From an uncultured Bacteroidales bacterium (GTDB lineage: Bacteria > Bacteroidota > Bacteroidia > Bacteroidales > Paludibacteraceae), in assembly GCA_944322025.1 (NCBI GenBank), contig CALUOH010000010.1, positions 50,642 to 114,641 of the forward strand: a stretch of 64,000 nucleotides of DNA, in the 5' to 3' direction. The position numbers and the translations under genes are program-made. Position 1 is the first letter of the stretch, and every line of letters begins with the position of its first letter. Of this stretch, positions 63,355 through 64,000 are shown piece by piece. The notes under the pieces were generated by a model that was not told the DNA's origin, did no database searches, and saw nothing but the letters and a program-made list of their open reading frames with translations.

Positions 63355-63581
63355 GCCGCTTCCCCGTGTTCGAAGAGGTATTCGGGTGCGATGTCCGCGC
63401 CGTTTGCCCAGAATATCGTGCCGTCGAGGCCGAACTTGACGAACTCGCTTTCGTCTTTAAGTTCGGCGTAGGCGGGGTAGGAGAGCAGCGGCGTAAGGTC
63501 TACGCGGCGGCGCTCGCCGTTGCTGAACGTGCAGAGGAGCGTGTAGCCCCCGAGGTATTCCACTTCTTTGACTGTAAGCAT
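63351..63581 (-). CDS. DUF2442 domain-containing protein
   Basis: The pattern VKEVEYLGGYTLLCTFSNGERRRVDL...G.I.W.NG.DI.PE.L is characteristic of DUF2442 (from memory). Confidence 0.6.
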   Translation of the reverse strand: MLTVKEVEYLGGYTLLCTFSNGERRRVDLTPLLSYPAYAELKDESEFVKFGLDGTIFWANGADIAPEYLFEHGEAA

Positions 63582-63597
63582 CTTTGCCTCCTTTTTC

Positions 63598-63849
63598 TTA
63601 TCGTTTGATTTTCTCTATCATTTCGCCTCTCTGTGCCTTGTCCCATATTTCCATAAGTTCCGCCTCGTGTGCGTCTATGAATTTGTTTACGGTCTGCACG
63701 GTCTTGGCTTTGGCGCGGCCTTCGACTATGCGGTCACGGATGGTCATTGTGAACTGGCAGTCGCCGTCGCGCACGTGTATGTGCGGGGGGTTGTGGTCGA
63801 AGCCGTAGATGTATATGAGTATGCCTTGTATGACGAATATGGAACCCAT
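63598..63849 (-). CDS. DUF4160 domain-containing protein
   Basis: ATG at 63849 (MGSIFVIQGILIYIYGFDHNPPHIHV...). The DHxPPHxH motif is typical of DUF4160. Confidence 0.6.
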   Translation of the reverse strand: MGSIFVIQGILIYIYGFDHNPPHIHVRDGDCQFTMTIRDRIVEGRAKAKTVQTVNKFIDAHEAELMEIWDKAQRGEMIEKIKR

Positions 63850-63964
63850 TGGTATTTTCTTTTGATGTTGCAAAAATAGGTAATAGATTTATATCCCGCA
63901 AGTGGCGCATATATAAACATTGTTAAATGTCCCGGCTGTGTTGTGTATGTGAAAAATGCGGTGT

Positions 63965-63972
63965 ACCTTTGC
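63965..63972 (+). promoter_or_regulatory. -7 promoter box (TACCTTTG) for a gene beyond the window
   Basis: Exact match to TAnnTTTG near the right edge. Confidence 0.4.
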
Positions 63973-64000
63973 AACGTCTAAATACTAAGTGCGGTACAGA

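Larger units (their letters stand above)
48633..64000. mobile_element. Phage-derived element (compact prophage or capsid-forming satellite); the right end is outside the window
   Basis: The contiguous modules are repressor/operator switch, small early ORFs, primase-helicase, iteron origin, prohead protease, capsid, small and large terminase, and a TA-like module. The window contains no integrase, portal or tail genes. Confidence 0.75.

Overview
The window reads as a Bacteroidota (Bacteroidales-like) chromosomal segment. The evidence is a SusC/SusD pair, a T9SS-type C-terminal sorting tail, and many TAnnTTTG -7 promoter boxes. From 1 to about 48.6 kb it is mostly housekeeping and envelope genes: Na/Pi cotransporter, MATE, lipid A acyltransferase, GT2s, MeaB, PBP1A, HemW, L25-Pth-Hsp15-TilS, TrmN6-TadA, an ArsR-controlled thiol/permease operon, Wzx, an ECF sigma module and tRNA-Cys. 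Several unusual items interrupt this stretch. One is an all-exported operon of a ~24x Sel1-repeat protein fused to a caspase domain, an LPP20-like protein and a DUF4384-like protein. Another is a secreted alkaline phosphatase with two complete catalytic domains. There is also a low-GC islet of decaying lipoprotein genes and a beta-barrel gene with an in-frame TAG. From about 48.6 kb to the window end lies a phage-derived element. It has a CI-like repressor and operator switch, then a CHC2-Toprim primase fused to a P-loop helicase. An iteron/AT-rich origin follows immediately, then a ClpP-like prohead protease, capsid, small and large terminase, and a DUF4160/DUF2442/HTH module. No integrase, portal or tail gene lies in the window, so a compact prophage and a capsid-forming satellite (PICI-like) are both open. 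Four non-coding signals stand out. (1) Identical 11-bp-phased YTACA repeat arrays sit 10 bp from the -7 box of both phosphate genes and are candidate Pho boxes. (2) A 10-copy dispersed intergenic repeat has the core GAGAGTACGTGTTTTTAAC and sits in co-oriented G-rich, C-poor spacers, preceded by 11-nt-phased GCTTCGG modules. (3) Candidate ArsR operators occur in the ars-like operon. (4) The satellite-like origin described above. All protein family calls are from reading the translations, with no searches run.
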